A stretch of 25,838 bases of DNA from an uncultured Chloroflexia bacterium. GTDB lineage: Bacteria; Chloroflexota; Limnocylindria; Limnocylindrales; CSP1-4. The DNA lies in contig CAVVYR010000010.1 in assembly GCA_963752475.1 (NCBI GenBank), positions 1 through 25,838 of the forward strand. Direction: 5' to 3'. Positions 18,947 through 25,838 of this stretch are shown here, in pieces. A program made the translations under genes and the position numbers. Position 1 is the first letter of the stretch. Every line of letters starts with the position of its first letter. The notes beneath the pieces were generated by a model. It saw nothing but the letters and a program-made list of their open reading frames with translations, made no database searches and was not told the origin of the DNA.

Positions 18947-19022
18947 TGGCGAGTGGCCAAACGGTAAGGCACCTGACTCTGGATCAGGGGATTGAAGGTT
19001 CGAAATCCTTCCTCGCCAGCCA
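18947..19022 (+). tRNA. tRNA-Gln(CTG)
   Basis: Acceptor TGGCGAG/CTCGCCA + GCCA, D arm GCC-AAACGGTAA-GGC, anticodon arm CCTGA-CT CTG GA-TCAGG, T arm GAAGG-TTCGAAAT-CCTTC (one extra A relative to the downstream copies). Confidence 0.97.
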
Positions 19023-19267
19023 TCCCCTCTTCTGAGCGTGAATTGGGCGTTGTCCTTTGTGCTCAGGTGAGTCGCACCACTAGCACGCCGCTCTTCATGG
19101 CATTTCGTAGACGGTGGCCTGCGCGTCGAACCAGAGTGTCGGCGCCACTCCCCGGGTGGCGCCCTCGACCCCGCGTGGGCTCCGGACGGGTCCCGCGAGC
19201 ATCCGTCCGCGTGGATTTGGCGCATCCCCGCCTGCGGCCTCGGACAGGCGGGCAACGCGGCGTACCG

Positions 19268-21916
19268 CTACTTGCCCTTGAAGGTGGCCGTGTAGTTCTC
19301 CGTCATCGTGCAGTTCTGGCCGTTGAGCTTGGCCTTGCCTACGAGCTTGCCGGTGATCTTCCTGGGCGAGTTCACCTTCAGGTTGTACTGGAACTTGATG
19401 CTCTGCCCACCTTCGGTGTGCGTCGAGGTGCCGACAAAGGTGTTCTTCTTTGCGTTCTTGAGCTTCATCCTGGCGGCCGCTCCTGAATTGGGGTCGCCGA
19501 TGGTGAACGCGGACTTCGCGGCATCGACCTTGATCCAGCCAGGCTCGCCCTTCCGTGACGGCAGCGCTACCGTCCTGCCCCCGCACGTGAACTTGACGTT
19601 CGTGGTGTCGACCGACCAGTTGCCGGCCTTGGGTAGACGGACGCTCGGCTTCGTGGGCTCGTCGGCCTCCTCATCGGGCCGCGCATCCTCGTCCTCAGGG
19701 GGATTGACGGTGTCGTCGGTCGGTGGCTCGGATGCGCTGGCCTCGTCCTCGCCGGGGGCGGGGGCGGTCTCGGTGCGCGGCTCGCTGAAGTAGAGCACGC
19801 AGGTCGTGGCGGTCCCTGGCAGCAGCGTGTGGCTGACGCTGGCGCCGACCGCGGCCGTGTCGGAGCCGGTGCTGGTGCCGGCGCCGGCGTCGACGTCGGT
19901 GCAGACCGCCGAGTCGAAGGACAGCGGACCTGGATCGGTGACAGTGATGGTGATGGGGCCGGGCTCGAGCGGGCCGCGGGCGATGCGCTCGTCCGCGCCG
20001 AGGGTCAGGGCCTCAGCGTCGAGCTCGAGGCCAAAGGGGCCGGCACCCGCGGGGATGGGCGCGACGAGGGGCGGGTCGTCGTCGGTGAGGATGCCGTCCA
20101 CGAGGATGGTCAGGCTGGCCTCGTCCGCGCCGGGGGCGGGGGCAGACTCGCTCGGCGAGACCTCCAGCAGTCGATAGGTGCAGGTGACGTCGCTGCCGGG
20201 TGGCGTGAGCAGGGCCACGGGTCGGCTCGGCAGCGTGCCGGGCGGGAAGCTCGCGCCGGTGGTCGGATCGATGAGGCCGATGCCCCGGCCGTGCTGGTCA
20301 AGACAGGCGAGCCCGTCGATGACGTAGGGCGCCGAGGGCGCCGCGGACCACAGCCTGAAGGCCTCGTCGGCGGGGACCGCGAACGTGCGCGGGCTGCCGG
20401 GCGCGATGTCGACAGGCACGACCGGCTCGGCGGCATCGACGACCACGCTGACCGAGGCACCGGGCGCGGCGGGGTCGGCCTCGGCCGCGAGCGTGACGGT
20501 GCGGGCGACGGTGGCATGGCTGAGCCAGAAGCCGCAGCCGGTGAGGGTGGACGGGGGGTCGTCGAACGTCACCCGGCCGGCCTCGAGGTCGAGGTCCCCG
20601 AAGGTGCGGACCGCGTCGATGCCCTCTCGGGTGCTGCAGGCGATCTCGGTCAGGATGTGGTCGGGATCCGGGTCGACGAGCTGGAGCGTGAGCGGTCGGC
20701 CGAGCGCCACCTCGACCTGGCGTGGCGTCGTGTTCGTCACCCGCAGCGGTGTGCCGTCGACCTCGATGTCGAAGGCGGCGACCTCGTCGGCCGGGTCGGT
20801 GCCGACGGTGAGGCGGATGGGGATGGTGGGGGCGCGCTGCAGTCGGTAGCTGCAGTCGGTGACATCGGCCGGCTCGAGGGCGACGACGACGCGGCCGGCG
20901 TCAGGACCGAACTCGATGGGTGTCACCTCGCTGCCGTCGTCACGGGTGCACTCGATGGCGCCGAGCTGATGGTCGGGGCCAGGATCGATGAGCTCGATGG
21001 TCGCGCGGTCAGCAGCGCTCGGGGCGACCACGTACGGGTCCCCCATCGCGACAGCCGTCCGTGCGCCGTCGATGGCGAAGCCGAAACGCGCTCCGGCATC
21101 GGCTGGCTCGGTCGCGACGCGGACGATGGCGCCACCCCGCAGGGCCGTCGGGTCCAGCAGTCGATAGGTGCAGGTGACGTCGCTGCCGGGTGGCGTGAGC
21201 AGGGCCACGGGTCGGCTCGGCAGCGTGCCGGGCGGGAAGCTCGCGCCGGTGGTCGGATCGATGAAGCCGATGCCCCGGCCGTGCTGGTCAAGACAGGCGA
21301 GCCCGTCGATGACGTAGGGCGCCGAGGGCGCCGCGGACCACAGCCTGAAGGCCTCGTCGGCGGGGACCGCGAACGTGCGCGGGCTGCCGGGCGCGATGTC
21401 GACAGGCACGACCGGCTCGGCGGCATCGACGACCACGCTGACCGAGGCACCGGGCGCGGCGGGGTCGGCCTCGGCCGCGAGCGTGACGGTGCGGGCGACG
21501 GTGGCATGGCTGAGCCAGAAGCCGCAGCCGGTGAGGGTGGACGGGGGGTCGTCGAACGTCACCCGGCCGGCCTCGAGGTCGAGGTCCCCGAAGGTGCGGA
21601 CCGCGTCGATGCCCTCTCGGGTGCTGCAGGCGATCTCGGTCAGGATGTGGTCGGGATCCGGGTCGACGAGCTGGAGCGTGAGCGGTCGGCCGAGCGCCAC
21701 CTCGACCTGGCGTGGCGTCGTGTTCGTCACCCGCAGCGGTGTGCCGTCGACCTCGATGTCGAAGGCGGCGACCTCGTCGGCCGGGTCGGTGCCGACGGTG
21801 AGGCGGATGGGGATGGTGGGGGCTTCGGCTTCGGCAGCGATGGCAGTTGCACCACCGATCGCCGCCATCGCAACGGGCAGTGCCGCGAGCAGGAGTGTCC
21901 GAGCTGTGCGCTGCAT
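19268..21916 (-). CDS. Secreted modular protein: six ~110-aa two-Cys beta-rich domains (A-B-C-A-B-D) plus a Lys-rich C-terminal domain
   Basis: Signal peptide MQRTARTLLLAALPVAMAAIGGATAIA-A. Each module has an (I/L/V)xC...CxY/F Cys pair. An acidic Pro linker precedes the basic terminal domain. Confidence 0.85.
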   Translation of the reverse strand: MQRTARTLLLAALPVAMAAIGGATAIAAEAEAPTIPIRLTVGTDPADEVAAFDIEVDGTPLRVTNTTPRQVEVALGRPLTLQLVDPDPDHILTEIACSTREGIDAVRTFGDLDLEAGRVTFDDPPSTLTGCGFWLSHATVARTVTLAAEADPAAPGASVSVVVDAAEPVVPVDIAPGSPRTFAVPADEAFRLWSAAPSAPYVIDGLACLDQHGRGIGFIDPTTGASFPPGTLPSRPVALLTPPGSDVTCTYRLLDPTALRGGAIVRVATEPADAGARFGFAIDGARTAVAMGDPYVVAPSAADRATIELIDPGPDHQLGAIECTRDDGSEVTPIEFGPDAGRVVVALEPADVTDCSYRLQRAPTIPIRLTVGTDPADEVAAFDIEVDGTPLRVTNTTPRQVEVALGRPLTLQLVDPDPDHILTEIACSTREGIDAVRTFGDLDLEAGRVTFDDPPSTLTGCGFWLSHATVARTVTLAAEADPAAPGASVSVVVDAAEPVVPVDIAPGSPRTFAVPADEAFRLWSAAPSAPYVIDGLACLDQHGRGIGLIDPTTGASFPPGTLPSRPVALLTPPGSDVTCTYRLLEVSPSESAPAPGADEASLTILVDGILTDDDPPLVAPIPAGAGPFGLELDAEALTLGADERIARGPLEPGPITITVTDPGPLSFDSAVCTDVDAGAGTSTGSDTAAVGASVSHTLLPGTATTCVLYFSEPRTETAPAPGEDEASASEPPTDDTVNPPEDEDARPDEEADEPTKPSVRLPKAGNWSVDTTNVKFTCGGRTVALPSRKGEPGWIKVDAAKSAFTIGDPNSGAAARMKLKNAKKNTFVGTSTHTEGGQSIKFQYNLKVNSPRKITGKLVGKAKLNGQNCTMTENYTATFKGK
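20163..21823. repeat. 671-bp direct repeat inside the secreted protein gene (20163-20833 and 21153-21823)
   Basis: Offset 990 bp. Only one difference was seen by eye (20275 g vs 21265 a; Leu vs Phe). Confidence 0.95.
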
Positions 21917-22103
21917 TCACGACAGGCTACAGGTGCTGTCAAAGGTGCCTGCCTCTCCTTCGTGAGCACCAAGTTCGCGGTTAGGATCCGAGTGACAGCT
22001 CCACTCCTCAGCCAACCTCTCGACACTCACCCGTGAGGTAAGGCACCTAACTGAACGCGCTACGCTCCCCTCGCCACGGCGGGTAGCACGCCGCTCAGGC
22101 GTT

Positions 22104-22153
22104 CCTGACTCTGGATCAGGGGATTGAAGGTTCGAATCCTTCCTCGCCAGCCA
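22104..22153 (+). repeat. tRNA-Gln 3' portion, att-like copy 1
   Basis: CCTGACTCTGGATCAGGGGATTGAAGGTTCGAATCCTTCCTCGCCAGCCA matches 18972-19022 except for the extra A in the gene. Confidence 0.93.
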
Positions 22154-22217
22154 TTCCTTTGCCCGTGAACGAGGTCCCGGAACACCATCCGGGGCCTCGG
22201 TGATTCGTGGCTTCGAC

Positions 22218-22269
22218 TTGACGCCCTCGCGTTACACATCTATGGTCATCAGTGACATGGTTGTGCAAC
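22218..22269 (+). promoter_or_regulatory. Sigma-70-type promoter with an overlapping imperfect inverted repeat (operator), copy 1
   Basis: TTGACG-N17-TATGGT (22218-22246). Arms gttacacatctatggtca (22231-22248) and tgacatggttgtgcaac (22253-22269). Confidence 0.65.
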
Positions 22270-22970
22270 AGAACGTCGACGGTCGCGAGTTGGATGTGAA
22301 CCAGGCAGCCCAACTGCTCTCGCTGCGTCCGCGCTCGGTCCTGCGGCTGATCCGGGATGGTGAGCTGCCCGCGCGCAAGGAGTTCGGGCGCTGGCGCATC
22401 CTGCGCAGCGACGTCGAGGTTCGCCGTGAACTCGGCTCGCGCGGCGGTCGACGCTACTCGCCCGCACAAGCCTGGGGCCTCATCGCCATCGTCAGCGGTG
22501 GCCAAGCCCCGTGGCTCGACCGGGTCTCGCGCTGGCGTATCGAACGACGGCTCGACGGACGCTCCCTCGACGAGCTGCGCAGCGCACTTGCAGAGCGAGG
22601 CCGAGCCCATCGCTACGCCGCACATCCCGACTCGATCGCTCGGCTGGGCGGCATGACTGGTGCGATGCTCTCCGGGCTTCCAGGCGCCGCCGCGAGTGGC
22701 GTCGGTGTCATCGCGAGCAGCGAGCACTACGAGGCCTACCTACCCGCGTCGACTCTCGCCGAGGCCGTGCGGGAACACCATCTACGTGAGGACCTCGAGG
22801 GCTCGGTCATCCTGCGTCCGGTCGTGGCCGGGGCGCTGCCGAGACCCTGGCCCGATGTCGCACCGAGTCTCGCCGTCGCAGTCGACCTGCTCGAGAGCCA
22901 CGATCCACGCGCACGTCAGGTCGGTCGCGATCTGCTTGCCGAGCTCCAGGACGCCTGGCGGGGCCGGTGA
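22257..22970 (+). CDS. Excisionase-like HTH (HTH_17) fused to an AbiEi-like domain; putative antitoxin, copy 1
   Basis: LDVNQAAQLLSLRPRSVLRLIRDGELPARKEFGRWRI HTH. The C-terminal VAP.LAVAVDLLES.DPRAR resembles AbiEi_2/DUF2186. Start placed at ATG 22257, downstream of the promoter. Confidence 0.75.
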   Translation: MVVQQNVDGRELDVNQAAQLLSLRPRSVLRLIRDGELPARKEFGRWRILRSDVEVRRELGSRGGRRYSPAQAWGLIAIVSGGQAPWLDRVSRWRIERRLDGRSLDELRSALAERGRAHRYAAHPDSIARLGGMTGAMLSGLPGAAASGVGVIASSEHYEAYLPASTLAEAVREHHLREDLEGSVILRPVVAGALPRPWPDVAPSLAVAVDLLESHDPRARQVGRDLLAELQDAWRGR

Positions 22971-23710
22971 ACGAGGCTCGGTCCAAGACGGTCGAGGTCG
23001 TGTCGGGATCCGCAGCCGAGGCGCGGCTGTGGGTGACGCTGCGCGAGGTCTGCGGACTCTTCGAGGGCCTCGAATGGGTCCTCGTCGGAGGACTGATGGT
23101 GAAGGTCCTCGAGGCTGAGCATGGCCGGGTCATGCCCGTCACCACCATCGACATCGACGCCATCATCGACGTGCGCGCGATGCTGCGCGGCCAGGGCACA
23201 CGTGAGGCAGTACGACGGCTCAAGACGGCTGGCTTCGTCCCGTTCGAGCCTGACCGCGAGACGGTCTATCGCTTCACCCGCGACGACGACATCGTCGACG
23301 TGCTCGTCCCCGACGGGCTCGGTGACCGCGCAGACATCGTGACCGAGCCACCAGCGACGACGTTCCGCACGCCAGGCGGCTCGCGAGCCCTGCAACAGAG
23401 GCGTTCGCTGCTCATCACGAGTGGTGGCGATACGATCAGCGTGCCCGTGCCCGATCTCGGGGGTGCGCTCGTCATCAAGGCCCGGGCGGCGACGAACGCA
23501 AGGACAAGCCGATCGAAGCACCAGCGCGACCTCGCGCGTCTACTCGTGCTCGTCGAACACCCATACGACCTGCGCGAAGCTCTGACCATGACGGAGCGAC
23601 AGCACCTGCGCCGGCACCGTGCTCTGACCGAGCCGGATCACGACGCGTGGTCCGAGTTGCCCGACAATTCGGTTGTCGGCGCCCAGACGCTCACGATCAT
23701 CATCGACTGA
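22967..23710 (+). CDS. AbiEii/MenT-like (DUF1814-type) nucleotidyltransferase; putative toxin, copy 1
   Basis: WVLVGGL...TIDIDAI Pol-beta-superfamily motif, VDVL and C-terminal K.RA...KH.RDL. GTGA overlap with the upstream gene. Confidence 0.75.
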   Translation: MNEARSKTVEVVSGSAAEARLWVTLREVCGLFEGLEWVLVGGLMVKVLEAEHGRVMPVTTIDIDAIIDVRAMLRGQGTREAVRRLKTAGFVPFEPDRETVYRFTRDDDIVDVLVPDGLGDRADIVTEPPATTFRTPGGSRALQQRRSLLITSGGDTISVPVPDLGGALVIKARAATNARTSRSKHQRDLARLLVLVEHPYDLREALTMTERQHLRRHRALTEPDHDAWSELPDNSVVGAQTLTIIID

Positions 23711-23846
23711 TCCCGAAGCAACGCTCATGCGCAAGACCTTGGCCGACCTGCTCACGCCGGGCTCGGCGAGTAGTCGAGCGCAATGGAACTTCGGGAACGC
23801 GACCGGAAGCCTCGGTCGGAGCGGTAGGTACGGTGGTGCGCATCAA

Positions 23847-23875
23847 GCGTCTCCCCTGACTGACAGCGGAGACGC
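23847..23875 (+). terminator. Stem-loop downstream of the nucleotidyltransferase
   Basis: GCGTCTCC...GGAGACGC 8-bp stem with inner CTG/CAG pairing and no U tract. Repeated at about 25709-25737. Confidence 0.35.
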
Positions 23876-23928
23876 CAACCGAAGCATCCGAGGACCAAGA
23901 GTCCGATGAGCTCAGTCGAGCGTGGCGC

Positions 23929-24010
23929 CTCTGGATCAGGGTATTGAAGGTTCAAATCCTTCCTCCTCTGGATCAGGGGATTGAAGGTTCGAATCCTTCC
24001 TCGCCAGCCA
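23929..24010 (+). repeat. Two back-to-back tRNA-Gln 3' fragments (att-like copies 2 and 3)
   Basis: A variant 37-mer at 23929-23965 (GGTATT, TTCAAAT, truncated at CCTC) is followed at once by a canonical copy at 23966-24010 ending GCCAGCCA. Both start at the anticodon loop CTCTGGA. Confidence 0.93.
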
Positions 24011-24074
24011 TTCCTTTGCCCGTGAACGAGGTCCCGGAACACCATCCGGGGCCTCGGTGATTCGTGGCTTCGAC

Positions 24075-24126
24075 TTGACGCCCTCGCGTTACACATCTAT
24101 GGTCATCAGTGACATGGTTGTGCAAC
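24075..24126 (+). promoter_or_regulatory. Promoter/operator, copy 2
   Basis: Same sequence as 22218-22269. Confidence 0.65.
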
Positions 24127-24827
24127 AGAACGTCGACGGTCGCGAGTTGGATGTGAACCAGGCAGCCCAACTGCTCTCGCTGCGTCCGCGCTCGGTCCTG
24201 CGGCTGATCCGGGATGGTGAGCTGCCCGCGCGCAAGGAGTTCGGGCGCTGGCGCATCCTGCGCAGCGACGTCGAGGTTCGCCGTGAACTCGGCTCGCGCG
24301 GCGGTCGACGCTACTCGCCCGCACAAGCCTGGGGCCTCATCGCCATCGTCAGCGGTGGCCAAGCCCCGTGGCTCGACCGGGTCTCGCGCTGGCGTATCGA
24401 ACGACGGCTCGACGGACGCTCCCTCGACGAGCTGCGCAGCGCACTTGCAGAGCGAGGCCGAGCCCATCGCTACGCCGCACATCCCGACTCGATCGCTCGG
24501 CTGGGCGGCATGACTGGTGCGATGCTCTCCGGGCTTCCAGGCGCCGCCGCGAGTGGCGTCGGTGTCATCGCGAGCAGCGAGCACTACGAGGCCTACCTAC
24601 CCGCGTCGACTCTCGCCGAGGCCGTGCGGGAACACCATCTACGTGAGGACCTCGAGGGCTCGGTCATCCTGCGTCCGGTCGTGGCCGGGGCGCTGCCGAG
24701 ACCCTGGCCCGATGTCGCACCGAGTCTCGCCGTCGCAGTCGACCTGCTCGAGAGCCACGATCCACGCGCACGTCAGGTCGGTCGCGATCTGCTTGCCGAG
24801 CTCCAGGACGCCTGGCGGGGCCGGTGA
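24114..24827 (+). CDS. HTH_17-AbiEi-like putative antitoxin, copy 2
   Basis: Protein identical to copy 1. Confidence 0.75.
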   Translation: MVVQQNVDGRELDVNQAAQLLSLRPRSVLRLIRDGELPARKEFGRWRILRSDVEVRRELGSRGGRRYSPAQAWGLIAIVSGGQAPWLDRVSRWRIERRLDGRSLDELRSALAERGRAHRYAAHPDSIARLGGMTGAMLSGLPGAAASGVGVIASSEHYEAYLPASTLAEAVREHHLREDLEGSVILRPVVAGALPRPWPDVAPSLAVAVDLLESHDPRARQVGRDLLAELQDAWRGR

Positions 24828-25571
24828 ACGAGGCTCGGTCCAAGACGGTCGAGGTCGTGTCGGGGTCCGCGGCCGAGGCGCGGCTGTGGGTGACGCTGCG
24901 CGAGGTCTGCGGACTCTTCGAGGGCCTCGAATGGGTCCTCGTCGGAGGACTGATGGTGAAGGTCCTCGAGGCTGAGCATGGCCGGGTCATGCCCGTCACC
25001 ACCATCGACATCGACGCCATCATCGACGTGCGCGCGATGCTGCGCGGCCAGGGCACACGTGAGGCAGTACGACGGCTCAAGACGGCTGGCTTCGTCCCGT
25101 TCGAGCCTGACCGCGAGACGGTCTATCGCTTCACCCGCGACGACGACATCGTCGACGTGCTCGTCCCCGACGGGCTCGGTGACCGCGCAGACATCGTGAC
25201 CGAGCCACCAGCGACGACGTTCCGCACGCCAGGCGGCTCGCGAGCCCTGCAACAGAGGCGCTCAGCTGCTCATCACGAGTGGCAGCGATACGCATCAGCG
25301 TGCCCGTGCCCGATCTCGGGGGCGCGCTCCGTCATCAAGGCCCGGGCGGCGACGAACGCAAGGACAAGCCGATCGAAGCACCAGCGCGACCTCGCGCGAT
25401 CTACTCGTGCTCGTCGAACACCCATACGACCTGCGCGAAGCTCTGACCATGACGGAGCGACAGCACCTGCGTCGGCACCGTGCTCTGACCGAGACGGATC
25501 ACGACGCGTGGTCCGAGTTGCCCGACGATTCGGCTATCGGCGCCCAGACGCTCACGATCATCATCGACTGA
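24824..25571 (+). pseudogene. Nucleotidyltransferase copy 2, frameshifted after about 25260
   Basis: Same N-terminal ~147 aa as copy 1, then four single-base insertions (net +4; homologous stop at 25569-25571) plus several substitutions. Confidence 0.7.
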
Positions 25572-25790
25572 TCCCTGAAGCAACGCTGATGCGCAAGACC
25601 TTGGCCGACCGTGCCACGCCGGGCTCGGCGAGTGGTCGAGCGCGATGGAACTTCGGGAACGCGACCGGAAGCCTCGGTCGGAGCGGTAGGTACGGTGGTG
25701 CGCATCAAGCGTCTCCCCTGACTGACAGCGGAGACGCCAACCGAAGCATCCGAGGACCAAGAGTCCGATGAGCTCAGTCGAGCGTGGCGC

Positions 25791-25837
25791 CTCTGGATCA
25801 GGGTATTGAAGGTTGCGAAATCCTTCCTCGCCAGCCA
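25791..25837 (+). repeat. tRNA-Gln 3' fragment, att-like copy 4
   Basis: CTCTGGATCAGGGTATTGAAGGTTGCGAAATCCTTCCTCGCCAGCCA at the window end; starts at the anticodon loop. Confidence 0.88.
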
Positions 25838-25838
25838 T

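Larger units (their letters stand above)
22109..25838 (+). mobile_element. Tandemly duplicated 1857-bp tRNA-fragment-bounded cassette (22109-23965; 23966-~25830)
   Basis: Constant 1857-bp offset between the two copies of the promoter and both genes. Bounded by tRNA-Gln fragments. No integrase inside. Confidence 0.75.

Noticed and set aside
19000-19006. 8-nt T loop in tRNA-Gln as a real structural oddity
   Set aside because: The copies at 22104 and 23966 have the canonical TTCGAAT, so a homopolymer sequencing error is more likely.
19829-22036. 735-aa plus-strand ORF, and similar long antisense ORFs (819-1964, 3074-4627, 15736-17523, 17752-18924)
   Set aside because: Shadow ORFs opposite well-supported genes, as expected from high-GC codon bias; no motifs.
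22257-22970. HTH_17 gene as evidence of a prophage or integrase module
   Set aside because: No integrase catalytic motifs or phage genes are visible in the window. The C-terminal domain and partner gene fit a TA antitoxin better.
23909-23923. AGCTCAGTCGAGCG resembling a D arm of another tRNA
   Set aside because: It lacks the GG of the D loop and has no matching acceptor or anticodon stem at the right spacing. Too short to call.
23929-24010. tRNA fragments as extra functional tRNA genes
   Set aside because: They lack the 5' acceptor strand and the 5' anticodon stem, so they cannot form a cloverleaf. The same applies to 25791-25837.
25260-25771. Novel extended C-terminus of nucleotidyltransferase copy 2 (315 aa)
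   Set aside because: It results from insertions relative to copy 1 and reads out of frame.

Overview
GC-rich bacterial window; the gene content suggests Actinomycetota or Chloroflexota, but that is inference only. The left part (1-18.8 kb) is mostly metabolic and regulatory. It holds a DeoR + fused E1alpha/beta + E2 dehydrogenase operon, a subfamily-III haloalkane-dehalogenase-like hydrolase, a frameshifted ECF sigma / membrane anti-sigma / secreted beta-propeller trio, a TetR unit, a gluconolactonase, an SDR, an FGGY kinase and a RACo-type corrinoid activator. An AAA-ATPase-wHTH-PD(D/E)xK gene sits where an SDR gene has been truncated. The right part (18.9-25.8 kb) is the most unusual. An intact tRNA-Gln(CTG) is followed by an array of short cassettes with no integrase, each closed by a copy of the tRNA 3' half; three of the four copies begin exactly at the 7-nt anticodon loop. 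Cassette 1 encodes a modular secreted protein with a near-perfect 671-bp internal duplication. Cassettes 2 and 3 are a tandem 1857-bp unit encoding an HTH-AbiEi-like antitoxin and an AbiEii/MenT-like nucleotidyltransferase. Scattered single-base indels suggest long-read errors, so pseudogene calls and the terminal duplication need read-level checks.
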